The translations under genes were made by a program, and so were the position numbers. The notes beneath the pieces are model-generated. The model did no database searches, was not told where the DNA came from, and saw only the letters and a program-made list of their open reading frames with translations. From Prevotella sp. (GTDB taxonomy: Bacteria; Bacteroidota; Bacteroidia; Bacteroidales; Dysgonomonadaceae): a stretch of 32,000 bases of DNA. This document shows, in pieces, positions 1 to 8,037 of this stretch. Location: the NCBI GenBank assembly GCA_031285625.1, contig JAITVV010000056.1:25125-57124 (forward strand), read 5' to 3'. How positions within the stretch are numbered: position 1 is the stretch's first letter; every line of letters begins with the position of its first letter.

Positions 1-1209
1 TGCATTGGTGTTGCCTCTACTACTGATATAACCAAGGGATTTACAGATCATGGTCCTCTGATTGAATGGGGAAATGAGGCGATCGACGCTTATATTTTCA
101 AAGATGATGACGGGAAATTATATATATCATGGAAAGCATATGGACTGGATAAGCGCCCGATAGAGATATTAGCATCAGAACTATCAGCCGATGGGTTATC
201 ACTTGTCGGAGAGCATTTTACCCTAACCGATCATACCAAAGGATGGATAGGAAGAGGTGATGAAGGCCAATGTATCGTAAAGCGCAATGGTTATTATTAT
301 CACTTCTATTCGATAGGAGGATGCTGTGACAACCGTTGTGATTACCGTGTGCATGTATCCCGTGCAAAAAGCCTGCGTGGAGAATGGGAGCAATATGAGC
401 CTAATGCGATACTACAAGGGGGAGGGGCATGGTTATGCTCAGGCCATGGCACTTTGGTACAGACTCCCGACAACAGATATTTTTATTTATACCATGCTTA
501 TAATACCAATGATTTTGAATATGTAGGTCGTCAGGCTTTACTCGACGAACTGGTATGGAATGATGAAACAGGATGGCCATATTTTAAGTACGGGAACACA
601 CCTACTACACAAGCACCAGTTCCATTTAAAGGCACAGTACAACAACGGAATATAGATTTTAATGATGATTTTTCATCTGCTGAAAAAGATAAATTCTGGC
701 AATGGGATATGTATTCATCCAAACCCGTGGCAACTAAAAATAGTAACAGCCTTAACCTGACCAATACAAAAGAAGGCTATTCATTCTGGGGAATAAACTC
801 ACAGACGGGTAATTATACAATGTCGACTAAGGTATCTACTAAAGGTTCCAACTTCAAAGGTTTGACAATATATGGGGGAATTAATAAATTATATGCGTGG
901 GGTGTCTCTGGAAACGAAATAAAATTATTCAAATTGGATAATGATCAGAAAACCGAACTATATTCTACCCCTGCCGGTAATTCATCCACAATATACTTGA
1001 AAGCTGAAGCTATCAATGCACGCCTTTATCGTTTCTATTGGTCCACAAACGATATAGAGTGGCACATCTTTCCGCTGAATAACCAACATGTGGATATTTC
1101 AGGACTACCTCAATGGGGACGTGGACTACGTATTGGCCTTTTGGTGGAAAATAATGGCAATGATAATAACGCTACATTTTCTCATTTCAATCTGACAAAT
1201 AAATATTGA
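1..1209 (+). CDS. Glycoside hydrolase family 43 (beta-xylosidase/arabinofuranosidase-like) with a C-terminal lectin-like beta-sandwich domain; 5' end is outside the window
   Basis: Frame 1 is open from nt 1, with no stop before the listed ORF 349..1209. The translation ...GPLIEWGNEAIDAYIFKDDDGKLYISWKAYG...GRGDEGQCIVKRNGYYYHFYS...GHGTLVQTPDNRYFYLYHAY looks like GH43 propeller blades, including the acid-catalyst Glu context. Confidence 0.8.
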   Translation, partial: CIGVASTTDITKGFTDHGPLIEWGNEAIDAYIFKDDDGKLYISWKAYGLDKRPIEILASELSADGLSLVGEHFTLTDHTKGWIGRGDEGQCIVKRNGYYYHFYSIGGCCDNRCDYRVHVSRAKSLRGEWEQYEPNAILQGGGAWLCSGHGTLVQTPDNRYFYLYHAYNTNDFEYVGRQALLDELVWNDETGWPYFKYGNTPTTQAPVPFKGTVQQRNIDFNDDFSSAEKDKFWQWDMYSSKPVATKNSNSLNLTNTKEGYSFWGINSQTGNYTMSTKVSTKGSNFKGLTIYGGINKLYAWGVSGNEIKLFKLDNDQKTELYSTPAGNSSTIYLKAEAINARLYRFYWSTNDIEWHIFPLNNQHVDISGLPQWGRGLRIGLLVENNGNDNNATFSHFNLTNKY

Positions 1210-1283
1210 TAAGTTACGAGCAATGAGTTATAAGTTGAAGAACTAAACCTTCTAACTCACTGCTTAATACTTGATAAGTACAA

Positions 1284-2579
1284 ATGAACAAAAGCATATT
1301 ACGATTAGCAATACCCAATATTATATCCAATATAACTGTTCCGCTGCTGGGTATTGTTGACATGTTCATAGTAGGCCATATGGACTCGGAAGATTACATT
1401 GGTGCTATAGCATTGGCTACTATGCTTTTCAATTTCATTTATTGGAGCTTCTCTTTCTTACGAATGGGTACCAGTGGTTTTACAGCGCAGGCCTATGGTG
1501 CTAAAGATCATCAAGAGCAGAGCAATACCCTGCTTCGATCCCTTGCTGTAGCTATGGCAGCAGGAATATTGATTATCTTATTGCAATATTTCATTGCACT
1601 TGTTGGTTTCTATTTTTTAAATGCAGAACCTGTAGTAAAGGTGTTTGCCCATGAATACTTCTATATCTACATATGGGCTGCTCCTGCTGTGCTGGGTATG
1701 TATACCTTTAATGGCTGGTATGTAGGTATGCAGAATGCAAAGATACCAATGATAGTGGCTATAGCTGTAAATATTGTAAATATAGCCCTTAGTTTTACCT
1801 TTGTTTATGGATTCGGCATGAAGATTAAAGGCGTAGCATTAGCCTCAGCCTGTGCACAATATACAGGATTCTTATCATTTCTATTGATATGGAACCTTAA
1901 ATACGGATGGCTCAAACAATACTTCAACTTGTCAGTATTGAAAGACATACGTTCCTATATACCATTCTTTAAAGTCAACAGTGATATTTTTATCAGAACA
2001 ATGGCACTAGTAGCAGTGACTACATTTTTCATGTCTGCCTCAGCCAAATCAGGAAAGGATATATTGGCCGTTAATGCGCTTCTGATGCAAATGTTCATAC
2101 TATTTTCTTATATGATGGATGGCTTCGCTTATGCAGCAGAAGCATTGACAGGTAAATATATCGGAGAAAATAACAGACTTATATTAACATATCTGGTAAA
2201 ACGGCTCTTTACCTGGGGTGTATGTATCGCCATAATTTTCACTTTAATTTATGCCATATTCCTGGATCCGATACTAGCGCTTATTACTGATAAACAAAAT
2301 ATATTAGCGTTAAGCAAAAGTTATCAGTTCTGGGTATTGCTAATTCCTGTGGCAGGTTTTTCAGCCTTCCTATGGGATGGGATCTTCGTTGGAGCCACAG
2401 CCTCTCATCAAATGAGAAACTCAATGCTCATAGCTGTTACTAGTTTTTTTATTATCTATTTCACATTTTCGTACCTCTCCCCGAACAATATTCTGTGGTT
2501 AGCGTTTATTGTGTATCTGGCTTTGCGAGGGATAGTTCAGACCTTTATGGCTCCTGCTATTTTGAATGATTCCAGATAA
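1284..2579 (+). CDS. MATE family efflux transporter (DinF-like)
   Basis: 431 aa and highly hydrophobic, consistent with about 12 TM segments. The N-terminus LRLAIPNIISNITVPLLGIVDMFIVGH is a typical MATE signature. Confidence 0.85.
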   Translation: MNKSILRLAIPNIISNITVPLLGIVDMFIVGHMDSEDYIGAIALATMLFNFIYWSFSFLRMGTSGFTAQAYGAKDHQEQSNTLLRSLAVAMAAGILIILLQYFIALVGFYFLNAEPVVKVFAHEYFYIYIWAAPAVLGMYTFNGWYVGMQNAKIPMIVAIAVNIVNIALSFTFVYGFGMKIKGVALASACAQYTGFLSFLLIWNLKYGWLKQYFNLSVLKDIRSYIPFFKVNSDIFIRTMALVAVTTFFMSASAKSGKDILAVNALLMQMFILFSYMMDGFAYAAEALTGKYIGENNRLILTYLVKRLFTWGVCIAIIFTLIYAIFLDPILALITDKQNILALSKSYQFWVLLIPVAGFSAFLWDGIFVGATASHQMRNSMLIAVTSFFIIYFTFSYLSPNNILWLAFIVYLALRGIVQTFMAPAILNDSR

Positions 2580-2614
2580 TTGATAATCAATTTAATAAAA
2601 ATTCTTAACTAGTT

Positions 2615-3112
2615 ATGAGCAAAATTGCAATAGTTTACGGCTCATCTACCGGAGCCACAGAATCGGTAGCAGAAAAAATAAAAGCTTCATTCGATGACGC
2701 TACGCTATTTAATGCAGATAGTGTGAGCGTTGACGATCTGAAGCCGTACGACTTCCTGATTTTTGGAGCATCTACAACAGGTGTTGGAGATCTACAGGAC
2801 GATTGGGAAATTCTTCTACCAAAAATTGAAAAAATGGATTTCTCTGGAAAAAAAGTAGCAATCTTCGGTTTAGGAGATAGTGCTTCTTTTTCTACCAGTT
2901 TTGCAGGAGGAATGTATGTAATATACAAAGCTCTAAAAGGGAAAGCTGAATTTGTAGGATTCGTTTCTACAGATGGATATACTTTTGATGAGTCAGATGC
3001 AGTTGTAGATGGTAAATTTGTAGGATTGGCATTGGACGAGGATAATGAGTACAATGAAACTGACGCGCGCATTGCCGCATGGGTAGAAGATTTGAAAAAG
3101 TATCTGAACTAA
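2615..3112 (+). CDS. fldA: Long-chain flavodoxin
   Basis: 165 aa. It has the FMN phosphate-binding loop MSKIAIVYGSSTGATE and the ...IFGLGD... motif. Confidence 0.9.
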   Translation: MSKIAIVYGSSTGATESVAEKIKASFDDATLFNADSVSVDDLKPYDFLIFGASTTGVGDLQDDWEILLPKIEKMDFSGKKVAIFGLGDSASFSTSFAGGMYVIYKALKGKAEFVGFVSTDGYTFDESDAVVDGKFVGLALDEDNEYNETDARIAAWVEDLKKYLN

Positions 3113-3137
3113 TATATTATTATTTAGTTGTGTATAG

Positions 3138-3170
3138 AAACCGGGTAATTGTTATCCGGTTTTTATTTTT
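3138..3170 (+). terminator. Rho-independent terminator after fldA
   Basis: Stem AAACCGGGTAA / TTATCCGGTTT (11 bp with one G-T pair), loop TTG, followed by TTTTATTTTT. Confidence 0.75.
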
Positions 3171-3746
3171 TCAGAGACTACCACTACGTATACGGCTCAA
3201 CGATTCGGGTGTCATTAATAAATATGAGGCTATATGATTAATAGAAGCTCTTTTTGCTGCCTCCGGAAATTCATTAACAAAGCGCTCATAACGCTCTCTT
3301 ACTGTTTCGAAACGCCACGAGTCAGCTTTCTGCTGAGACAGGATTAAAGAATATTCCAATATCTTACACTTCAACTTTGCAAACAAGGGATATTGAATAG
3401 ATAATTCATCTAATTTTTGATAAGGTATACTATAAATACAGCTCGGTTCTATAGCTTCTATCATCAGCTGTGTGGGTACTCCTCTGAAAAGACTGGTAAT
3501 ACAAAATGTAATAAAGCCCTCACACGTAAAGTGTTCTGTAATATCACGTCCATCTTTATAGTAAAATTGCCTCAACATACCGGATTCAACATAAAAAATA
3601 TGTCTCGCTATCTGCCCTTCTCCTAAAAGGATTTCTCCTTTCATCAATCTATGGTTTTCTATAATAGATCCGAGTTTGTTCAACTCTGCATCAGGTAATG
3701 CCAAAAAAGAGCTTGTTATCGTTTTCGCTATATTTATAGATTCCAT
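3171..3746 (-). CDS. Crp/Fnr family transcriptional regulator (cNMP-binding domain plus C-terminal HTH)
   Basis: 191 aa. The beta-roll region is GEILLGEGQIARHIFYVESGMLRQFY and the C-terminal HTH is INHIASYLLMTPESLSRIR. Confidence 0.85.
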   Translation of the reverse strand: MESINIAKTITSSFLALPDAELNKLGSIIENHRLMKGEILLGEGQIARHIFYVESGMLRQFYYKDGRDITEHFTCEGFITFCITSLFRGVPTQLMIEAIEPSCIYSIPYQKLDELSIQYPLFAKLKCKILEYSLILSQQKADSWRFETVRERYERFVNEFPEAAKRASINHIASYLLMTPESLSRIRSGSL

Positions 3747-3765
3747 TATCAGAAATATTTACTGA

Positions 3766-3773
3766 CAAATATA
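3766..3773 (-). promoter_or_regulatory. Bacteroidota -7 promoter box (TATATTTG on the minus strand)
   Basis: Exact TAnnTTTG match 20 nt upstream of the Crp/Fnr start codon. Confidence 0.45.
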
Positions 3774-3815
3774 CACTTTCTGATTTATATCATATTTTAT
3801 CAAATCAGGTCTTTT

Positions 3816-3823
3816 TAATTTTG
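3816..3823 (+). promoter_or_regulatory. Bacteroidota -7 promoter box (TAATTTTG)
   Basis: Exact TAnnTTTG match 27 nt upstream of the ATG at 3850. Confidence 0.5.
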
Positions 3824-3849
3824 TATAGAATAATAAACTATACAAGATT

Positions 3850-4365
3850 ATGATGAAGCAGGTTTTAGTGGATATGGATGGAGTTCTGGCTGATGTTTAT
3901 TCTCAATTTTCGAGACTTGAACTGGGAGAAACAGGAACGGTCATCGACATTGAATCTCTGTATGGTAAATTAGAATCAGAAGCTTTTCCTAACTACGAGA
4001 AACACGTCCGTTCTACAAACTTCTTCAGAACAGCTCCGGTTATACCTGATAGTGTAGGCGGACTGAAATACTTAAATGAGAAATATAACGTATTAATTGT
4101 ATCATCAGCAACAGAATTTCCTGACAGCCTGAAAGAAAAAGTAGAATGGTTAAATGAGCATTTCCCATTTATTAAATGGCAGCAAATAATCCTTTGTGGT
4201 ACTAAAAATTCAATTAAAGGAGATATAATGATCGATGATCACCCCAAAAATCTGGACTATTTTGAAGGAAAAAAAATATTATTCAGCCAACCGCACAACA
4301 TGTATATGGTCAAAGATGATTGCACCAGAGTCAACACTTGGCAGGATATTATAAATATACTATAA
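3850..4365 (+). CDS. 5'(3')-deoxyribonucleotidase (NT5C family, HAD superfamily)
   Basis: 171 aa. It has HAD motif I VDMDGVLAD and the distal IMIDDHPKN motif; size and layout fit the NT5C family. Confidence 0.8.
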   Translation: MMKQVLVDMDGVLADVYSQFSRLELGETGTVIDIESLYGKLESEAFPNYEKHVRSTNFFRTAPVIPDSVGGLKYLNEKYNVLIVSSATEFPDSLKEKVEWLNEHFPFIKWQQIILCGTKNSIKGDIMIDDHPKNLDYFEGKKILFSQPHNMYMVKDDCTRVNTWQDIINIL

Positions 4366-5052
4366 TATAGATTTTATTTCAGATAATTCCTTCACAATAT
4401 ATGTCGGTTGAAAATCTTTAACAGGCTTATTTTTAGGATTAAACCATACCTGATCGATACCACTGTTATATGCACCGCCAATATCTGTAAAAAGATTATC
4501 ACCTATCATAATAGTATTGTCTGTACCTGTTCCTATTTTTTTCAATGCAAATGAGAATAAATCGGGATGAGGCTTATTTACACCAACCTCATCGGATAAG
4601 ATCACTTTATCAAAATAATCATCAAGTCCGGCACTCTTTATTTTCACATACTGCATCTCGGTAAATCCATTGGAAAGAATATGAATCTTATATCTAGGCT
4701 GCAGATAGTTTAGCAAATCTACTGCACCATTTATAAGAGTTCCCTTTTGCATTACCCTCTCTATAAAATCATCATTTATAGCTAAAGCCTGCTCTTCTGT
4801 AATCTCTTCAACAGAATTGAGCGGAGCAATAAACCGTTCTCTCTGCAAAGTCGCTTTTGTAATCTTACCTCTTCCATACAACTCCCATAGCTGGCTCACA
4901 TTTGCAAAATAGATTTCATAAAAATCGGCAAAAGATGGAAAATAGTTTCCAAACCGATAGTCGTCATATAGTTCAATAAGGGTCAAACGGGTATTTTCAA
5001 CTGTGTCTATGAGTGTATCATCGAGGTCGAGAAGTATATCTGTATATCTCAT
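4360..5052 (-). CDS. HAD-IA hydrolase, YjjG-type noncanonical pyrimidine nucleotidase-like
   Basis: The start is placed at the internal Met (MRYTDILLDLDDTLIDT), which puts HAD motif I at the N-terminus. Motif IV is MIGDNLFTDIGGA. The 19 codons upstream in the listed ORF (to 5109) look non-coding. Confidence 0.8.
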   Translation of the reverse strand: MRYTDILLDLDDTLIDTVENTRLTLIELYDDYRFGNYFPSFADFYEIYFANVSQLWELYGRGKITKATLQRERFIAPLNSVEEITEEQALAINDDFIERVMQKGTLINGAVDLLNYLQPRYKIHILSNGFTEMQYVKIKSAGLDDYFDKVILSDEVGVNKPHPDLFSFALKKIGTGTDNTIMIGDNLFTDIGGAYNSGIDQVWFNPKNKPVKDFQPTYIVKELSEIKSIL

Positions 5053-5205
5053 GCAATAATTTTGAATATTGAAAAGCGATAAAGATACTAAATTAGTTGC
5101 AATCCGCATAGATACAAACCTCAGCCACTACAAGATTTGGTACGTTATTATTTTATTTATACCTAGGTTTTTCAGTAACACAAATAGCTGTGATTCAATT
5201 TTTAT

Positions 5206-5213
5206 TATCTTTG
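5206..5213 (+). promoter_or_regulatory. Bacteroidota -7 promoter box (TATCTTTG)
   Basis: Exact TAnnTTTG match 71 nt upstream of proS. Confidence 0.45.
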
Positions 5214-5283
5214 CACTTCGATACAAAATGATTTATAAATTATCTGTTAAGAGATTATAAACAGAGTAATATTTAAATAAAAT

Positions 5284-6765
5284 ATGGCAAAAGAACTTAA
5301 AGAACTGACCCCAAGAAGCAAGGATTATAGTCAGTGGTATCTTGATTTGGTATTAAAAGCAGAGTTAGCAGAAAATTCTGCTGTTCGCGGATGTATGGTT
5401 ATTAAACCATACGGATATGCGATATGGGAAAAAATGCAACGTCAGTTGGACGATATGTTCAAAGAGACAGGTCATGTAAATGCTTATTTCCCGCTCTTTA
5501 TCCCCAAATCTTTTTTAAGTAAAGAAGCCGACCACGTTGAAGGATTTGCTAAAGAATGTGCTGTAGTCACACATTACCGATTAAAGAACGATCCTGATGG
5601 TAAAGGTGTGATCGTTGATCCTGATGCAAAACTGGAAGAAGAACTAATAGTACGCCCTACTTCAGAAACCATTATATGGAGTACATACCGCAACTGGATC
5701 CAATCATACAGAGATTTGCCTTTGCTTATAAACCAATGGGCGAATGTAGTACGCTGGGAAATGCGCACGCGCCTGTTCTTACGTACTGCAGAATTCTTAT
5801 GGCAGGAAGGCCATACAGCACATGCAACAAAAGATGAGGCTGAAGAAGAAGCAATAAAAATGCTTAATGTATATGCACAGTTTGCTGAAGATCACATGGC
5901 AATGCCTGTAATAAAAGGGGTAAAATCGGCATCAGAACGCTTTGCTGGGGCAGTAGAGACTTATACTATAGAAGCAATGATGCAGGACGGCAAAGCCCTA
6001 CAATCCGGAACATCCCACTTCTTAGGTCAAAACTTTGCAAAAGCATTTGATGTGAAATTTGCAGACAAAGAAGGGAAGATGGATTATGTATGGGCTACAT
6101 CATGGGGATTATCTACCCGTATGATCGGAGCTTTGATCATGGCACATTCTGATGACAATGGTCTTGTACTTCCTCCCAAATTAGCTCCTTTCCAGGTAGT
6201 GATTGTGCCTATTTACAAAGGAGACGAGCAATTAGCTTTAATCAATGAAAAGGTGGATGGTATCATAAAATCTTTGAAGGCTCTAGGAATCAGTGTAAAA
6301 TATGACAATGCAGACAACAAGAAACCAGGATGGAAATTCTCCGAGTATGAATTGAAAGGTGTACCTGTACGCTTAGCAATGGGTGCCCGCGATATGGAAA
6401 ACAATACTGTAGAAGTTGCCCGTCGCGACATGCTAACCAAAGAAACGGTATCTTGTGACGGATTGGATATATATATCAAAAACCTGTTAGAAGACATACA
6501 AGCCAACATTTATAAAAAAGCTTTTGACCTAAGGGAGAAACAAACTATAAAAGTAGATACTTACGAAGAATTCAAAACAAAAATTGAGGATGGTGTATTT
6601 ATACTTGCTCACTGGGACGGAACTGCTGAAACGGAAGAAAAAGTAAAAGCAGAAACTAAAGCTACAATCCGTTGTATACCACTGGAAGGAGACAAAACTC
6701 CGGGCACATGTATGGTTACAGGAAAACCTTCAGCCCAGAGAGTTGTGTTTGCCAGAGCTTACTAA
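5284..6765 (+). CDS. proS: Proline--tRNA ligase, archaeal/eukaryote-like class II type
   Basis: 493 aa. The N-terminus is ...[36 protein letters not shown], class II motifs include [16 protein letters not shown], and the C-terminus ends ...RVVFARAY, typical of this ProRS subtype. Confidence 0.95.
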   Translation: MAKELKELTPRSKDYSQWYLDLVLKAELAENSAVRGCMVIKPYGYAIWEKMQRQLDDMFKETGHVNAYFPLFIPKSFLSKEADHVEGFAKECAVVTHYRLKNDPDGKGVIVDPDAKLEEELIVRPTSETIIWSTYRNWIQSYRDLPLLINQWANVVRWEMRTRLFLRTAEFLWQEGHTAHATKDEAEEEAIKMLNVYAQFAEDHMAMPVIKGVKSASERFAGAVETYTIEAMMQDGKALQSGTSHFLGQNFAKAFDVKFADKEGKMDYVWATSWGLSTRMIGALIMAHSDDNGLVLPPKLAPFQVVIVPIYKGDEQLALINEKVDGIIKSLKALGISVKYDNADNKKPGWKFSEYELKGVPVRLAMGARDMENNTVEVARRDMLTKETVSCDGLDIYIKNLLEDIQANIYKKAFDLREKQTIKVDTYEEFKTKIEDGVFILAHWDGTAETEEKVKAETKATIRCIPLEGDKTPGTCMVTGKPSAQRVVFARAY

Positions 6766-6788
6766 AGCACATTTAATTATATATGATT

Positions 6789-6822
6789 AAAAAGAGGTTT
6801 GAATATTCAAACCTCTTTTTTT
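6789..6822. terminator. Bidirectional rho-independent terminator between convergent proS and the esterase gene
   Basis: Perfect 13-bp stem AAAGAGGTTTGAA / TTCAAACCTCTTT, flanked by an A-run upstream and a T-run downstream. Confidence 0.85.
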
Positions 6823-6840
6823 ACTTTATATGACTTCCAT

Positions 6841-7659
6841 TTATTTCTTACTATACTTTTTAATCCAATCGAGTACCAAATAGCATCCCGGAGCACACAC
6901 AGCTCCATGGTCGAAACCCTGAAGTTCATTCAATTCTATATTTTTGTTTCCTAAGGATTTTAAGATAGACTCTAAATGTGCATTCTCTTCGTATCTTGCT
7001 GTCATTTCCAGTTTACGGTCACCTGTTATCAGTAAGGTAGGAGGCAGGTCAGCTCTGGCTTTATTTAAAGGTGAATATTCGTCTACAATCGGAATATTGA
7101 GAGGCAGTCCTCTTTCTTTGCGAATTGTATAATGTGTGTTTGTTTGCCCGCTAATGGGTATCAATCCCTTAATATCATTTGCATCGACACCAAATTTGTT
7201 CAAATAACTTTTATCTAGACCCACCATCAAAGTAAGGTATCCGCCGGCAGAATGCCCTGATATATAAATATCCTTGATACTGCCACCATATTTAGCTATG
7301 TTATTAAAGGTCCAGGCTATCGACTCAGCCGCATCTTCTATATAAGCAGGGTTAGTAGCTTTAGGACTAAGACGATAGTTGACTGCCACAACGGCTACTC
7401 CCCTTTCTTTCAACTCATCAGGAATACCCTTTTCACCTCCTTCGAGCCCGCCTCCATGAAACCATACTATAACAGGAAAATCCTTTTTATCAGTTGGATA
7501 ATATAGATCCAGTTTACACCGGTCTATGCGATAGGCATCCTTCTCTTGCGAGCCAACATAGGATATATCCTTTTCCAGTTTATATGTATCCTTTACAGGA
7601 TTTTGAGCGCTTATAGCCAAAGCGCAGAACCATAAGAGGACAAAGAATGTTTTATTCAT
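6841..7659 (-). CDS. Secreted alpha/beta-hydrolase (esterase/lipase-like)
   Basis: 272 aa with a signal peptide. It has the oxyanion motif WFHGGGLEGG and the nucleophile elbow GHSAGG. Confidence 0.8.
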   Translation of the reverse strand: MNKTFFVLLWFCALAISAQNPVKDTYKLEKDISYVGSQEKDAYRIDRCKLDLYYPTDKKDFPVIVWFHGGGLEGGEKGIPDELKERGVAVVAVNYRLSPKATNPAYIEDAAESIAWTFNNIAKYGGSIKDIYISGHSAGGYLTLMVGLDKSYLNKFGVDANDIKGLIPISGQTNTHYTIRKERGLPLNIPIVDEYSPLNKARADLPPTLLITGDRKLEMTARYEENAHLESILKSLGNKNIELNELQGFDHGAVCAPGCYLVLDWIKKYSKK

Positions 7660-7905
7660 AATGTTATTTTAATTATAATTTGTTTTTATGATATATAATT
7701 CGAAAATACAGAATAAAAATGATATCATCCTTCAAGCATCAAATATTATTCACAACCAGGAATTAAATTCCTTTTCTGAATAATCAACAAATCTGTTTTG
7801 TATCTTTGTGAGATATGGAATATATATTTGTCTATGTATACTGAGTCAAGTAGATATACGACAAAAAAATGAAAGAGGAATAGATCGTAAAAGAATTAAA
7901 TAAAA

Positions 7906-7953
7906 AAGTGACAAATAAAAACAGTAATAAAAGTGTCACCTTTGTCACTTTTT
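7906..7953 (+). promoter_or_regulatory. 48-nt inverted-repeat promoter/operator-like module, copy 1 (upstream of DPP III)
   Basis: AAGTGACAAA-N18-GTGTCACCTTTGTCACTTTTT. A perfect 13-nt inverted repeat pairs AAAAAGTGACAAA (7903-7915) with TTTGTCACTTTTT (7941-7953). It aligns without gaps to 27083-27130 at 37/48 positions. Confidence 0.5.
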
Positions 7954-8037
7954 ATACATAAATATAACAACATCAATAATTTACAATTTTACTAGATTGT
8001 TACCTTTTGATAAGATGTAAACACAAAATAGACTCAA

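Noticed and set aside
326-764. ORFs 326..526(+) and 531..764(-) overlapping the GH43 gene
   Set aside because: The GH43 frame is open from nt 1 and carries family motifs, so these are out-of-frame or antisense artefacts.
4360-4365. Convergent genes overlapping by 6 nt at their stop codons (CTATAA here and CTATAG at 29735-29740)
   Set aside because: This is a trivial consequence of TAA/TAG read against CTA on the opposite strand. It is common in compact genomes and is not a regulatory element.
5053-5260. The N-terminal extension of the HAD ORF (to 5109) and the 63-aa ORF 5069..5260
   Set aside because: The HAD motif I (DLDD) should sit at the extreme N-terminus, which favours the Met at 5052. 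The 63-aa ORF covers the AT-rich divergent promoter region, including the proS -7 box, and encodes a low-complexity peptide.
5110-5283. A T-box, riboswitch or attenuator upstream of proS, and likewise a SAM riboswitch upstream of the MetY-like gene (20282-20354)
   Set aside because: The leaders are short and AT-rich, with no conserved specifier, antiterminator or SAM-riboswitch helices visible. T-boxes are not expected in this phylum.
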